Of a stretch of 64,000 bases of DNA, positions 1 through 10,717 are shown piece after piece (within the stretch, counting starts at the first letter, position 1; each line of letters begins with the position of its first letter). The notes under the pieces are model-generated. The model saw nothing but the letters and a program-made list of their open reading frames with translations. It was not told where the DNA came from and did no database searches. Origin of the DNA: Tubulanus polymorphus (taxonomy: Eukaryota > Animalia > Nemertea); assembly GCF_964204645.1 (NCBI RefSeq), contig NC_134028.1:15755653-15819652 (forward strand). The letters are read 5' to 3'. Both the position numbers and the translations under genes were made by a program.

Positions 1-146
1 ATTCAGAACATATTTACCAGATAGATTTCATAGATTATCAAGCAGAGATTTAGAAGAATTATGTTCTGAAATTTCTATTTCATATACAAAGGTAAGAATG
101 AAAAAGGGCACCATGAAATAGATTTCGAATAGAATATGTAAAAAAA

Positions 147-907
147 ATGGTGGAATTAAAAGAATACAGAATATTTGTTGATTCTAGAAGACTTACTTAT
201 TATAAATCACATAATTTACTAGTACAATTAGATAGAGAATTTAAGAATTGTGTTGATTTAAATTTAGTAAATATAAGTTTATGTAACTCATTTTACGATA
301 TATCGAATAAAACTGTTGAACATAGAGCCTTTTTAATTTTTAATAAAAATAAAAATGAATGGGCCTATATATATTTAAAACCAGGGTTATATAATTTAGA
401 TACATTGGCACAAGAAATTAATAGAAAAACCTGGCACAAGTCAGGTAATAATTCCGGGTTTAATATTAGATTTTTAAAAAGTGAGAGTTCTAACAAAATA
501 AAGATAAGGTTGTCTAATATTGAAAAACATAAATTTATGGTAAAAAACCTATAGCTAAACTGTTAGGAATTACTCCAGATAGATCTTTTACAAATATTGA
601 TGCTTCTACACCAAACTTAATACCTTACACGCATTTTTATATTTATTGCAATTTAATCGATCCTACAAAAACATTCGAAGCAACAAAAGATATAACTTGT
701 AATTCTGGTTTAGTGAATATTTTACCATTGAAGAATGTTAAAGAATTTGGAACGCAAATAAATTATAATTTAACAGAATGTGATTTCAAACCATGCATTC
801 CTCAATTTAATAATTTTAGATTAGAAATTAGAAATCATAATGGATATTTAATTGATTTGAATAACTTTCCTGTGATATATGAATTAGTTATAAGATGTAG
901 AGAGTAA
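147..907 (+). pseudogene. Polinton minor capsid (penton) protein, one frameshift near 545
   Basis: ORFs 147-554 and 713-907 join through a shifted frame (IAKLLGI...FYIYCNLIDP...VNILPL...FGTQINY...LEIRNHNGYLIDLNNFPVIYELVIR). PGLYN, AKLLG, IYCNL and the C-terminal GxxIDxN pattern are typical of Polinton minor capsids. Confidence 0.75.
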
Positions 908-923
908 TTTTTTCACTATATAA

Positions 924-1262
924 ATGAATATAACTGTTGGACCGAGTATATGTTTTGGGTTTGATTTTAAACATGGTAAAGAAATGAGAATTAAACTTAA
1001 TGATGTAATTACTGATATAAAAAGTAAATCATTTAACAATGCATCAATGATTAATAAAGAAAATTATAATATAGAAAAAGTAATTGATTTAATTAAAACA
1101 CCTTTAGAATATTATGAATTAAATGAAGATGGAATTATTGATGATATTAAAAACATATTATCTAAAATATATGATAATCATAAAAGTAGTAATGAAATAA
1201 ACGTTGAATTAATCATCACTAAGATAACTAAATATTTTGAAGATAGTAATTTTTTTGATTAA
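924..1262 (+). CDS. Polinton hypothetical protein, 112 aa
   Basis: Open ORF whose ATG lies in the shared T-tract/TAAATG motif. Confidence 0.65.
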   Translation: MNITVGPSICFGFDFKHGKEMRIKLNDVITDIKSKSFNNASMINKENYNIEKVIDLIKTPLEYYELNEDGIIDDIKNILSKIYDNHKSSNEINVELIITKITKYFEDSNFFD

Positions 1263-1265
1263 TAA

Positions 1266-1489
1266 ATGAGTGATAATAAGTGGATAATAACTGGATTATA
1301 TAATGGAGCCTGACTATCAGTCGGAACTGTTGGTTTAATACAATGGTATTAAAAAAAGTATTTAAAATGGGAAGTGTCAATGTTGATAGATTTGATATAA
1401 ATGATATTCTAAAATTAACATTAGCAGTTACTTTATCTAATTTAACTATTGATTATTTGGAAAAACAAAAATATAATCCTCCTATATAA
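1266..1489 (+). pseudogene. Small hydrophobic Polinton protein with stops/frameshifts
   Basis: ATG lies in the shared motif; reads MSDNKWIITGLYNGA*...ILKLTLAVTLSNLTIDYLEKQK. Confidence 0.55.
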
Positions 1490-1516
1490 GAAGTGCATAA
1501 TTTTTTTGCTAAATAA

Positions 1517-1939
1517 ATGGCTTCTGCAATTATAACTATTATAGGATCGGCAATTGTTAACGCTTTAGCATTTACTGGTGGTGGATATTTATTTAAACAT
1601 ATTGATAAAAATGGATCATTATCAGAACAAAAAAGACATAACTTAGCATTAGAGAAATACAATAAAGCAGCAGAAAAATACAGATAAAAGAGACAAAACT
1701 ATATGGATTGCATCAATAAAGAATTATATGATCAGAAGATTTCACATAGAAATTTTCAATCAGTCGATGATGCAATGAGTTTATATAACGCAGTAACCAA
1801 TAAAGAAAAATTACATCTATACAAACCTAAATTATCAGATTATTATACCCCAAGTAAAGAACAGAAGAAATATGAAATAATTTGGATTTTAGGTGGAACT
1901 GTTATTGTTATATTTGTAGCATATAAATATACTAATTAG
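1517..1939 (+). pseudogene. Polinton membrane-associated protein (N- and C-terminal hydrophobic helices), one premature stop
   Basis: MASAIITIIGSAIVNALAFTGGGYLF...KRHNLALEKY, in-frame TAA at 1685, then the same frame continues into ORF 1703-1939 ending IIWILGGTVIVIFVAYKYTN. Confidence 0.75.
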
Positions 1940-1958
1940 TAATTTTTTGGTTAAATAA

Positions 1959-2392
1959 ATGGATGATAAAGTTGATAATATTGATATTATTCCTCATGAT
2001 ATAAACAAAAATAAATTAAAAATATATTCAGAAAACAAATATTAGAATTTGAAAGTGACTTAAAGATAAAAAAGAAAAAATATTTAAAAAGTAAAATTAT
2101 ATATTATTTTATTATCAGTGGTTCAGTTACAATTAGTTCTGTAATAACATTTCTAGCAATATTCAGTCTATTAACACCTTTAGCTCTATCAATTGGCGTG
2201 TTAGGTTTAAGTTCAAGTGTTTTAACAGGTATAAGTTCAAAATTAAATATAAAAAGTAAAAAAGAAAAAATTAAAACTAATATAAAAGAAATTAATAAAT
2301 TAAAAAATACACTAGATTATATAATAAGTTTAATTGGCCATATAAGAATTGAAGAACAAGATAAATTATTAAAAGAATTAATAAATTATTAA
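1959..2392 (+). pseudogene. Polinton two-transmembrane coiled-coil protein, frameshift near 2030
   Basis: MDDKVDNIDII...IIYYFIISGSVTISSVITFLAIF...GVLGLSSSVLTGISSKLNIK. The paralog at 12652-12880 (-) is unshifted across the lesion. Confidence 0.7.
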
Positions 2393-2408
2393 TTTTTTAG
2401 TTATATAA

Positions 2409-2808
2409 ATGGCAGATAGTTTTCCAAAAGCTTTCCAATATAATAAATAAATTAAATATAATATTCCAGCAATAGATTTTAATAAAGATATTTCATATAG
2501 AAATGAAGTTTTAAATTCATTAATTGATTTATATATTTATGTTACTGAAAGTAATAATTTTCATGTAAAGATGGAAAATATATTTCATATGTATACAATT
2601 AATTTCAAAAATTTAAATGAGGCAAAACAATGGTTATTAAAATCTAATATGAAGTATTGGCAGAACCAATTAAATTTTGCTGTTTATTGCGCAACGACAG
2701 GATGCGGTATAAGTTGGAATGATCATTTAAATAAACCAAGTTTACCATTGATGTTATCACTTTTTAGATTTCATACATATTTTCAAATAAAATTAATATT
2801 AGATGAAT
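2409..2808 (+). pseudogene. Truncated first copy of a Polinton protein carrying the YWQNQLNFAVYCATTGCGISW motif
   Basis: Shares MxxxFPKA..YN and NMKYWQNQLNFAVYCATTGCGISWNDHLN with the next gene, and breaks off where that gene's upstream motif begins (2809). Confidence 0.7.
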
Positions 2809-2827
2809 TAATTTTTTTATTATATAA

Positions 2828-4092
2828 ATGGGGTTTCCAAAAGCTTTCCAATATAATAAATTAATTAAATATAATATTTCTGCAATAGATTTTAAACAAA
2901 AATATTACATATAAACATTTAGTTTTAAATTCATTAACTAATTTAGAAATTTATGTTACTGAATCACAGTTTTTTATTTCTAAAGTGGAAAATATATTTG
3001 ATACGTATGAAGTTACTTTTACTCGAGATGAATATCATATATATATAAAGTAAAATCTAATATGAAATATTGGCAGAATCAATTAAATTTTGCTGTTTAT
3101 TGTGCAACAACTGGTTGTGGTATAAGTTGGAATGATCATTTAAATAACTTAGATAAAAATTTGAATTATTCTGATTTAAAATTAATTCACACAATATTTA
3201 GATTTCGCACATATTTTCAAATCAGAATAATATTAAATGAATTAGAATGTCCTTTACCTGGATCTAAATATTTTAAAGAACAATAATATTAATCTATCTA
3301 AGTTTTATAAAATATATAAAAAATGAATTTAATATGAATATTAAATCCGATTTTTGAGCGCATGGTAAATTGCAAGGTATTGGTGAACAGTATGAAATAA
3401 AAAGAATTGATTATATGCATAGAATTAGAGCTTATCATAATTATAAAATTGATAATAATAATGGTTGGATTAATTTCATTTTAGAAAATAGTGATGGATC
3501 TACTAAAGCTGGTATACAAAGAATAAATCAATCTATTAGAACTTATTTGATATGTATTTTAGGTGCGCTTCATTTGATACACAGAAACAATTCAAAGTAT
3601 TATTTGAAGATTCAATTCATAATGATAAAAATAGATCGATTCCAGAAAACATAGTGAGATATCAAAATTATTTAGATAAATCACATACTAGATTAAATTA
3701 TTGTATAGGCCCTAATTAATTATTTCTAATGATTTAGTATTAAAGATGGCAAATATAATTGGTTATAATAATCTAATTAAGACTGCAACAATAAATAATT
3801 CATTTGGATTGAATGATATAAATAAAAAGGTTATAACTGCTCAAAAATTAATGGAAGGTGAGAAAAATAAAAAAACATATTCAATCAACAGAAACTAAAA
3901 CTAAGAATATTAAATTAAATAATGATTCTAAAAATAAAAGATTACAATACTTCACACGGTTATATAAAAACTGATATTATTCAACATGATATAATTAAAA
4001 CTAATAATGATAAAAAATCCCATGAAAATACTAAATTAGCTATTACTTGTATAGGAATTGTAATCGGAGGAATATTATATTTAAAATTTTAA
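2828..4092 (+). pseudogene. Full-length but frameshifted second copy of the YWQNQLNF protein, with a C-terminal membrane anchor
   Basis: Fragments 3062-3286 and 3370-3654 plus the terminal HENTKLAITCIGIVIGGILYLKF*. Confidence 0.7.
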
Positions 4093-4108
4093 TTTTTTTA
4101 TTATGTAA

Positions 4109-5496
4109 AGGGCAAAAGGTGGAGTAGATATTCCATTGGATACTTTTGATGAACCCGGTAAAACTGAAGAAAAACCAACTAGTGAAACAAGTTTTCATGA
4201 TCCAGAATATAATTCTAATTTAGCAAGACCTGATACTAATGAATTTGTTAATAAAGCACGTTCAAGATTGGATATTGAAAATGAAAATCCAGGTTTATTA
4301 AAAAAAGAATTAGAATACGAAGAATTAACTGATAAATTTAAACCAATATTAAAAAATTCTGGTTTCAATATAACTAATAAAGGTATGAATTATTTAGTAA
4401 AAGATTTGAAATAATTCAATGGTGACTATTATTGGCATTTGAAAGATGACTATTATTTTTAAGATAACTTCTAATAAAAGTCTCGATAAAATAATAACAA
4501 AACCAACTTTAATTAAATTAGAACAATCTAGAATTAAGAAAATCAATAATGATGTTATAACTGATGTTACAGAAGAAGAGATGACTCTAAATAGAATAGA
4601 ATTTAAACGAAGAAATGGTGATTTTTGAAGATAATTAATGAAAAACTAGAACCAGAAACAATTCCTAAAGAAGTTATTAATTCCAAAACTAGTAAACTTA
4701 AATCAAATAAAGTTCCAATTGAAAAACTTTTACCAAATGGATTACTTGATGCAACAGATCAAGAATTAGGAGATTTAGATATATTTTCTGATAAAGCAAT
4801 AAGAGAAATTATTAGTATAAGACTTACATCTGATAAAAATTGCGCATGATAAAAGTATGAGATTTTAAAATTTGAACTTTAGAAAAAGATAGAACTGATA
4901 AAATTAAAGAAATAGAACAATTAAAGTCTGATTTAGAACGACAAGTAATTGATGAAATAGAATATAGACAAAAAGAATTACGTTTAGAAAAAGAAATTGA
5001 TAATTTAATAGATAATCTAGAAGTACAGAAAGAAGAAATTAAATTATTATTAAAATCATATGATTATAATATTGATAGATTTAAAGTTATTTTTAAAGAT
5101 TTGTTGATAAAACCAAATTCTGGAATATCACTAAAAGATAGAATACAATTATTATCTAAATTAGAAGGAATCACAATTCTTTCAATTCTAACAGCTGTAA
5201 GTATGGTATTCACAACAAAAGCTTTAGCAATATCAAATGCTTTAAAATCTACACCTACTCCTAATAAACCAGATAAACCCCCGAAATATTTATGGGAACT
5301 ATCTAAGAAATCTGCTGCAGCATTACCCGGAGTTATTGCATCAATTGTTGGTTTTGTTTTAAAATCTGCAGGGAATATTCTTAACTTTGCTGCTGAACAT
5401 ATTATTTTATTTTTAATTACAGTTGTAAGCGCAATTATTTTTGGATTAGTGAATATGATAAAAAATAAAAAATTATTTTTTTTGTTAAATAAATGA
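4109..5496 (+). pseudogene. Polinton coiled-coil protein with a C-terminal multi-helix hydrophobic region; start codon mutated, several frameshifts
   Basis: Collinear fragments 4136-4414, 4446-4628, 4625-4849 and 5101-5496 (EGITILSILTAV...AAALPGVIASIVGFVL...AEHIILFLI). The upstream motif ends TAAAGG instead of TAAATG. Confidence 0.65.
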
Positions 5497-6740
5497 GTGG
5501 GAGTTATATAAATCCTTCTAAGAATCATAGAATATCTAGTGCTATTAAAGCAGAAAGATCATATCATATAATTACTCATAATCCTTTTAATAGTAATCCC
5601 GATGAAACTTTATATGTTAGAATCCCTAGATTAACACAAAATACTTTTTATGTTCCAAATAGTATTTATTTATCAGCTGATATAAAAGTAACTGGCCATG
5701 ATGATAATTATGTTGTTGATAATGTTGGAAGATATTTGATTAAAAAATTAACTATAAAGATTGGTCCAGAAACAGTTTTCTCATTAGATGATTATAATTT
5801 ATTTATGCATTATAAAGATTTATGGTTAACTAAAGAAAATAGAAATAATATGATATTTCAAGGCATCCAATCAGAAAACCAAAATAAATTAAGATCAGAA
5901 GCCAATAATGCAGTAGTAACTAATGACGTAGATAATTTGATTAAAAAGATTTATGGAAGCAAATATAAAATTCCATTAGACTTTGAATTGATAAATAATA
6001 ATGCTCCTTTATATAAATACGCAATTCAAGAAGACGTTATATTCGAAATAACATTTGCTCCTGTAAATGAAATTGTATTATCTAGCGTTGTTAGAGATAT
6101 GGGTTATAAATTATCGAATATATGTTTAGAATATGATACAGTAACTGATGAAAATATTGCTAACTCAATTCAAACCCAATACAATCAAGGATTTTCATTA
6201 TTATATGATTATATTTATAAATTTAAAACTGTAACTATTAATGCAAATGATGAAATAATTAATGAGAATATTAACTTCCCAAGAAGATCTATTAAAGGTA
6301 TATTAATATTTTTTACCATTGCAACATATTCTAATGGCGCAATACAGGTCGATAAGTATTATAATCCTAAAATAACAAAAGTAGAAATAACTATCGAAGG
6401 AATAGCAAATAAAATATTTTGTCAAGGAATGAGAATGATTGATCAATGGCCAGAAATTAGAAAACATTTTATGAATGAAAAAGTAAAATCATCTGAAAAT
6501 AGTAATATTAATCAAATTGATTATCACACCGGTAATAAATATGCATTATGGTTAGATTTTAGAACAACAGAGGATAACTTATTACATGGTTCTGGAAAAA
6601 AATTACAGAACACTAAAGATGGAATACAATTATTCATGACAAAGAAAAAAGGAAGCTTAAATTTCAAAATGCACATTTATATTATATCTGACGCACAATT
6701 AAATATTGTAAATTCTCAATTAAATAGTGTTATGTATTAG
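5493..6740 (+). CDS. Polinton/polintovirus major capsid protein, intact, 415 aa
   Basis: Beta-rich 415-aa ORF (IITHNP...LYVRIPRL...VVDNVGRYLIKKLTIKI...YKLSNICLEYD...NINFPRRSIKGIL...YALWLDFRT..D..LHGSG) next to ATPase and integrase. Size and pattern match invertebrate Polinton capsids as I recall them. Confidence 0.85.
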   Translation: MSGSYINPSKNHRISSAIKAERSYHIITHNPFNSNPDETLYVRIPRLTQNTFYVPNSIYLSADIKVTGHDDNYVVDNVGRYLIKKLTIKIGPETVFSLDDYNLFMHYKDLWLTKENRNNMIFQGIQSENQNKLRSEANNAVVTNDVDNLIKKIYGSKYKIPLDFELINNNAPLYKYAIQEDVIFEITFAPVNEIVLSSVVRDMGYKLSNICLEYDTVTDENIANSIQTQYNQGFSLLYDYIYKFKTVTINANDEIINENINFPRRSIKGILIFFTIATYSNGAIQVDKYYNPKITKVEITIEGIANKIFCQGMRMIDQWPEIRKHFMNEKVKSSENSNINQIDYHTGNKYALWLDFRTTEDNLLHGSGKKLQNTKDGIQLFMTKKKGSLNFKMHIYIISDAQLNIVNSQLNSVMY

Positions 6741-6772
6741 AATTTTAATTTTGATAAATATTTATATAATAA

Positions 6773-7657
6773 ATGGATGCAGGTAAAGTATATAAACATA
6801 TTCCATACATCGAAACACATGAAAATAATGATGGCTTATATTATGTAATACCTTGTAATATAGCTTTGATATTTGATCCTATTTTCAAAAATTATAAAAC
6901 TAAACTAATAGAAATCGATAATAATAAAAGTGAAGTTGCTGATAATTTAAGTAATGAAATTGATAATAATGTTTTACCTTCTACATCAAATAATGTTTTA
7001 CCTTCTACATCAAATAATGTTTTACCTCCTACATCAAATAATGTTTTACCTTCTACATCAAATAATGAAATAATATTAAATATTAGTGAAAATAGAAATT
7101 ATTGTGGCTACTGTAAAAGTGAATTTTCAAACATTAAATCAAATTGGAATAATCATATGAATACAGCTTCACATATTACTAATGTAATAGAGCGTGTTGG
7201 TATAAGAGAATTTATAGAACACCCATTTATATATGTAACAAAGTTTGTTTCAAATAGAAAAGTAGATGGTAAAGATTTATATAAAGATTTATTAGGTGAA
7301 TTTTTATCTAAGGAACCTAGTAATGATAAATTAAATTTATATGCTGCTAAAAAAATATTAGGATCATCAAACATTGTAAATGAAATGTTGGAGTCAAACA
7401 CTAAGAAAGATGACAATGAAAATATAGTTACGGGAATGCGTATTGATAATAAAGATTCTATGAAACATAAAGTAGAAAATAAAGATACAAGTAATGTTTG
7501 GATGAATAAGTATATCAATAAAACAACTATTGATGATGATACGGTAGAGAATTTGAACAAATTGTTAGGGTCTGATGATGAATTAGAGAATGATGATGAA
7601 AGTGATTCAGAAAGTAATTATATTAGTAATTATCTTAGTAATAATAATATTGGATGA
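6773..7657 (+). CDS. Polinton protein with 4x NNVLPSTS repeats, a C2H2-type zinc finger and an acidic tail
   Basis: Open 294-aa ORF; 24-bp tandem repeat at ~6965-7066; CGYC...HMNTASH. Confidence 0.7.
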   Translation: MDAGKVYKHIPYIETHENNDGLYYVIPCNIALIFDPIFKNYKTKLIEIDNNKSEVADNLSNEIDNNVLPSTSNNVLPSTSNNVLPPTSNNVLPSTSNNEIILNISENRNYCGYCKSEFSNIKSNWNNHMNTASHITNVIERVGIREFIEHPFIYVTKFVSNRKVDGKDLYKDLLGEFLSKEPSNDKLNLYAAKKILGSSNIVNEMLESNTKKDDNENIVTGMRIDNKDSMKHKVENKDTSNVWMNKYINKTTIDDDTVENLNKLLGSDDELENDDESDSESNYISNYLSNNNIG

Positions 7658-7708
7658 AAATTGTATGAAATAATAGTTATTAAAAAAGGGGGTTTTAAGT
7701 ATTAAGGT

Positions 7709-7807
7709 ATCTAATACGTATCTAATACGTATCTAATACGTATTTAATACGTATCTAATACGTATCTAATACGTATCTAATACATATTTAATACATATCT
7801 AATACAT
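7709..7807. repeat. 11-bp tandem array (GTATCTAATAC)n, copy 1
   Basis: About nine units following AAAAGGGGGTTTTAAGTATTAAG. Confidence 0.9.
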
Positions 7808-7988
7808 ATTATTTGAAAATACCTCAAATTATAATTTTAAAAAAAAATTTATATTGAAACCTCAGTAATGATAAATAACCTTTATTATTTTCAAACTTAT
7901 TCATATATTAGTTGAAAAAATAAAAATAAATTGTTTGAAAATTGTATAAATAATATTTATTTTAAAAAAGGGGGTTTTAAGTATTAAG

Positions 7989-8056
7989 GTATCTAATACG
8001 TATCTAATACGTATCTAACACGTATCTAATACGTATCTAATACATACCTAATACAT
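7989..8056. repeat. 11-bp tandem array (GTATCTAATAC)n, copy 2
   Basis: About six units with the same leader sequence; the flank from ~7936 duplicates ~7655 onward. Confidence 0.9.
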
Positions 8057-8075
8057 AAATACTTGAAATATCTTA

Positions 8076-8670
8076 TTTTATAAATTTATATTCATAGGGA
8101 AATTGTAGTCTCAGAAGTAATTTTGAACCTATATTATTCTTTAATTTATTCATATATTCATCATGTAATTCAGTAGGTATAATTTAATTTTCTTCTAATT
8201 TTCTAATCTTTCTTATAAAATAAAACTAAAAATCTTATATTCTCCCTAAAGTCTTTAACAATTGAATTATATTTTTGATTTAAAACCCATGTTGTTATCC
8301 CAAAATGTCTCCCAGAGAAAGCTAGATAACATAACTCACTTTCTCTCACTTTTGAATCATGTAAATTTGCACAAGCATCTATAACGAATAATGTATTTAA
8401 TCCTTTATAAGTATCAATTGCTGTTTTTATACAATTATCTAAATTTTCTTTTACTGTTTTAGGATCTAATATAATAAACTTTTTCATCTTAACTATATCT
8501 CTATTATATGTTTTATTCATTTCATAAGTAGGACAAAATAATATTATATTATCAAAATGATTCTTATAAATAGTTTCTAACAAGTCTAATATGAAATGTG
8601 TTTTACCACAGTTTGTTACTCCGGTAACTAACATACTATGCGGTTCAAATATAAATAAATCTTTATTCAT
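8076..8670 (-). pseudogene. A32/FtsK-like genome-packaging ATPase, frameshift near 8205
   Basis: Walker A GVTNCGKT, degenerate Walker B LFVIDA, SGRH motif and NQKY...FRENI. Confidence 0.9.
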
Positions 8671-9660
8671 TTATTCTTTTAATTTTACTAGATAAAATCC
8701 ATTCATTAAATTTATCATCATACCCTTTATATTTCTCCAAAGAATACTTTTTTCCTTTAAGAGTTTTTGTTTTCAATACTTTTTCTATTTTGTATTCTAT
8801 TTCATCTGGATTTGGTACAAGTGATAATTCTTGTTCATAGAAATAACCTAATATTTCTTCATCTTTTATATCTCATAATTTATAAACAAAAGGTTTAGTT
8901 AATATTATCTTCTTAATCTTAAATATTTCTTCAGTAAAATTAGGGGTATAACCTTTATAAAATGTTTTTCTATATTTAGATATTCTAACGTGTTGTCCTA
9001 TTTTAAATCTAGGTTCACCGAAATCATATGTAACAAACGCTCCATATAAATTATTCCAAACTATTTCTGAATTATCTTCTTTTCTAGCTTGTATAGGTTT
9101 CATATTTATAGAACTATGTTTAGAATTATTATAACCTTTCACCAAATCATCTAATATACCGATATATTGATATGTTTCATGAGCAGTAAAATATTTCCAC
9201 ATTCTAGTTTTCAATGTTTTATTAGATCTTTCTATAATAGATGCTTTTTTATCTGAGTGTGTTGAAAAATATTCTACATCGTTATCAGATAATAGTTTTT
9301 TAAAATGTTTATTATAAAATTCCTTACCTTCATCAAATTGTATCTTATCTGGAATAGCTTCTTTAAATATTGATTTAAAAGCATTTGTTACTTCTATACC
9401 AGTTTTATTTTTGATTGGAATTGACCATGCGTATCTACTGAATATGTCTATAACATTTAATATCCAGAAATATCCTTTGTTGTGTTCTTCTAAGTTCTTT
9501 ATATCAATTAAATCAGCTTGCCATTGTTGATCGATATATGAAACCATAACTTTCCTTGTTAAATAAGTTTTATCCATTTTCTTGTGGATTTGATATGTTG
9601 GTTGATTTTGTAACCGTGATTTCAATTCACTATATTTTATATCACCATTTTCTTTATCAG
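8671..9660 (-). pseudogene. Polinton retroviral-like (rve) integrase with C-terminal chromodomain; frameshifted, N-terminus damaged
   Basis: WQADLID, VIDIFSRYAW, DEGKEF, IIERSNKTLK, FKIGQHVRIS, KGYTPNFTEEIF. Downstream: EYKIEKVLKTK...KYKGYDDKFNEWI (chromodomain). Confidence 0.92.
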
Positions 9661-9668
9661 ATTGAATT

Positions 9669-9857
9669 TTATCCCATAATTCTGAAACGCTTAGATGGAT
9701 TATTATTTAAATCAATATCAGATAATTTCTGTGATTCATTTATATCAGTTAATTTCTTTTTCTTAGCTTTTTTTAATTCTGCAGATCTTTTACCTAATTC
9801 TCTTGCCCATTTAATTTGTTTCTCGGATCTAGGTTTTTTCTTAACGCCATCACTCAT
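9669..9857 (-). CDS. Small basic Polinton protein, possibly truncated
   Basis: TAAATG start; KKPRSEKQIKWARELGKRS. Confidence 0.5.
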   Translation of the reverse strand: MSDGVKKKPRSEKQIKWARELGKRSAELKKAKKKKLTDINESQKLSDIDLNNNPSKRFRIMG

Positions 9858-10458
9858 TTATTTTAGTTAATTTTTGTTCTGATTCATTTTCTGTTTCACC
9901 GTTTGGGTGTCGTACGGCGCCATCTGTTTCGTTCTTACCTGATTTATATTCTATAGGCTTGATATTCGAAAATGTTATGACACCAGCAGAAATTAATGTC
10001 ATAACCGATCCTAATTGGAATGAAGCATATCCGACCCATTTTTGTAATTCAGTCATAACTAAGTAGTCATTTTTCAAATCACTGTATTATTTATTTTCAT
10101 CATCAATTGACATTAACCGGTTACATAATTTTGAATAACATTTGACAATACCATCAGAAATAGAATCATTTATTCTAGCTAATCTTGACTCTTCATAAAT
10201 CTTAAAATATTTTATTACTTTATCTGGTTTCATAGAGTCTAATTCTTGAAAAGTAATGATCTTAGTTAAAAATTGTTTACACTTTCCGCTAGCAATTAAT
10301 AATTCAAGATGATGCTTACAATATAAATAGTATTCATAATCAAAATTAAAATTAATATTATTTTCAATTTTGGTCGGAATATCCTTATTATCGTTAATGC
10401 CTAAATCATCTAATGTTTTTTCAATATTAATACTATTCTTATTAGATTTCTTTGACAT
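9850..10458 (-). pseudogene. Polinton hypothetical protein split by a lesion near 10085
   Basis: Adjacent collinear ORFs 10087-10458 and 9850-10077; the start sits in TTTTTTCCCCTATATAAATG. Confidence 0.6.
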
Positions 10459-10717
10459 TTATATAGGGGAAAAAAGCGAAAAAAAAATATAATATTTTAA
10501 TACTAGCTAGTTAAGTTAAAGAATTTTAAATACTAGCTTAGTTAAAATAAAGAATTTCTATTCGAATCTCATTGTTTTTTTTAGTATTTTTTGTTTGTGA
10601 TATAAAGTATTCCCTTTTTGAAAAGAAATAATAGATTTTGAAAAAAATTTAAATAGAAATAATAGCTAGTTGAAGATATGTAATTTTTAATATATTTTAT
10701 TTGAGATATATTAATCT

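Noticed and set aside
1453-7560. Minus-strand ORFs 1453-1662, 5064-5528 and 7153-7560
   Set aside because: Antisense shadows of the plus-strand Polinton genes.
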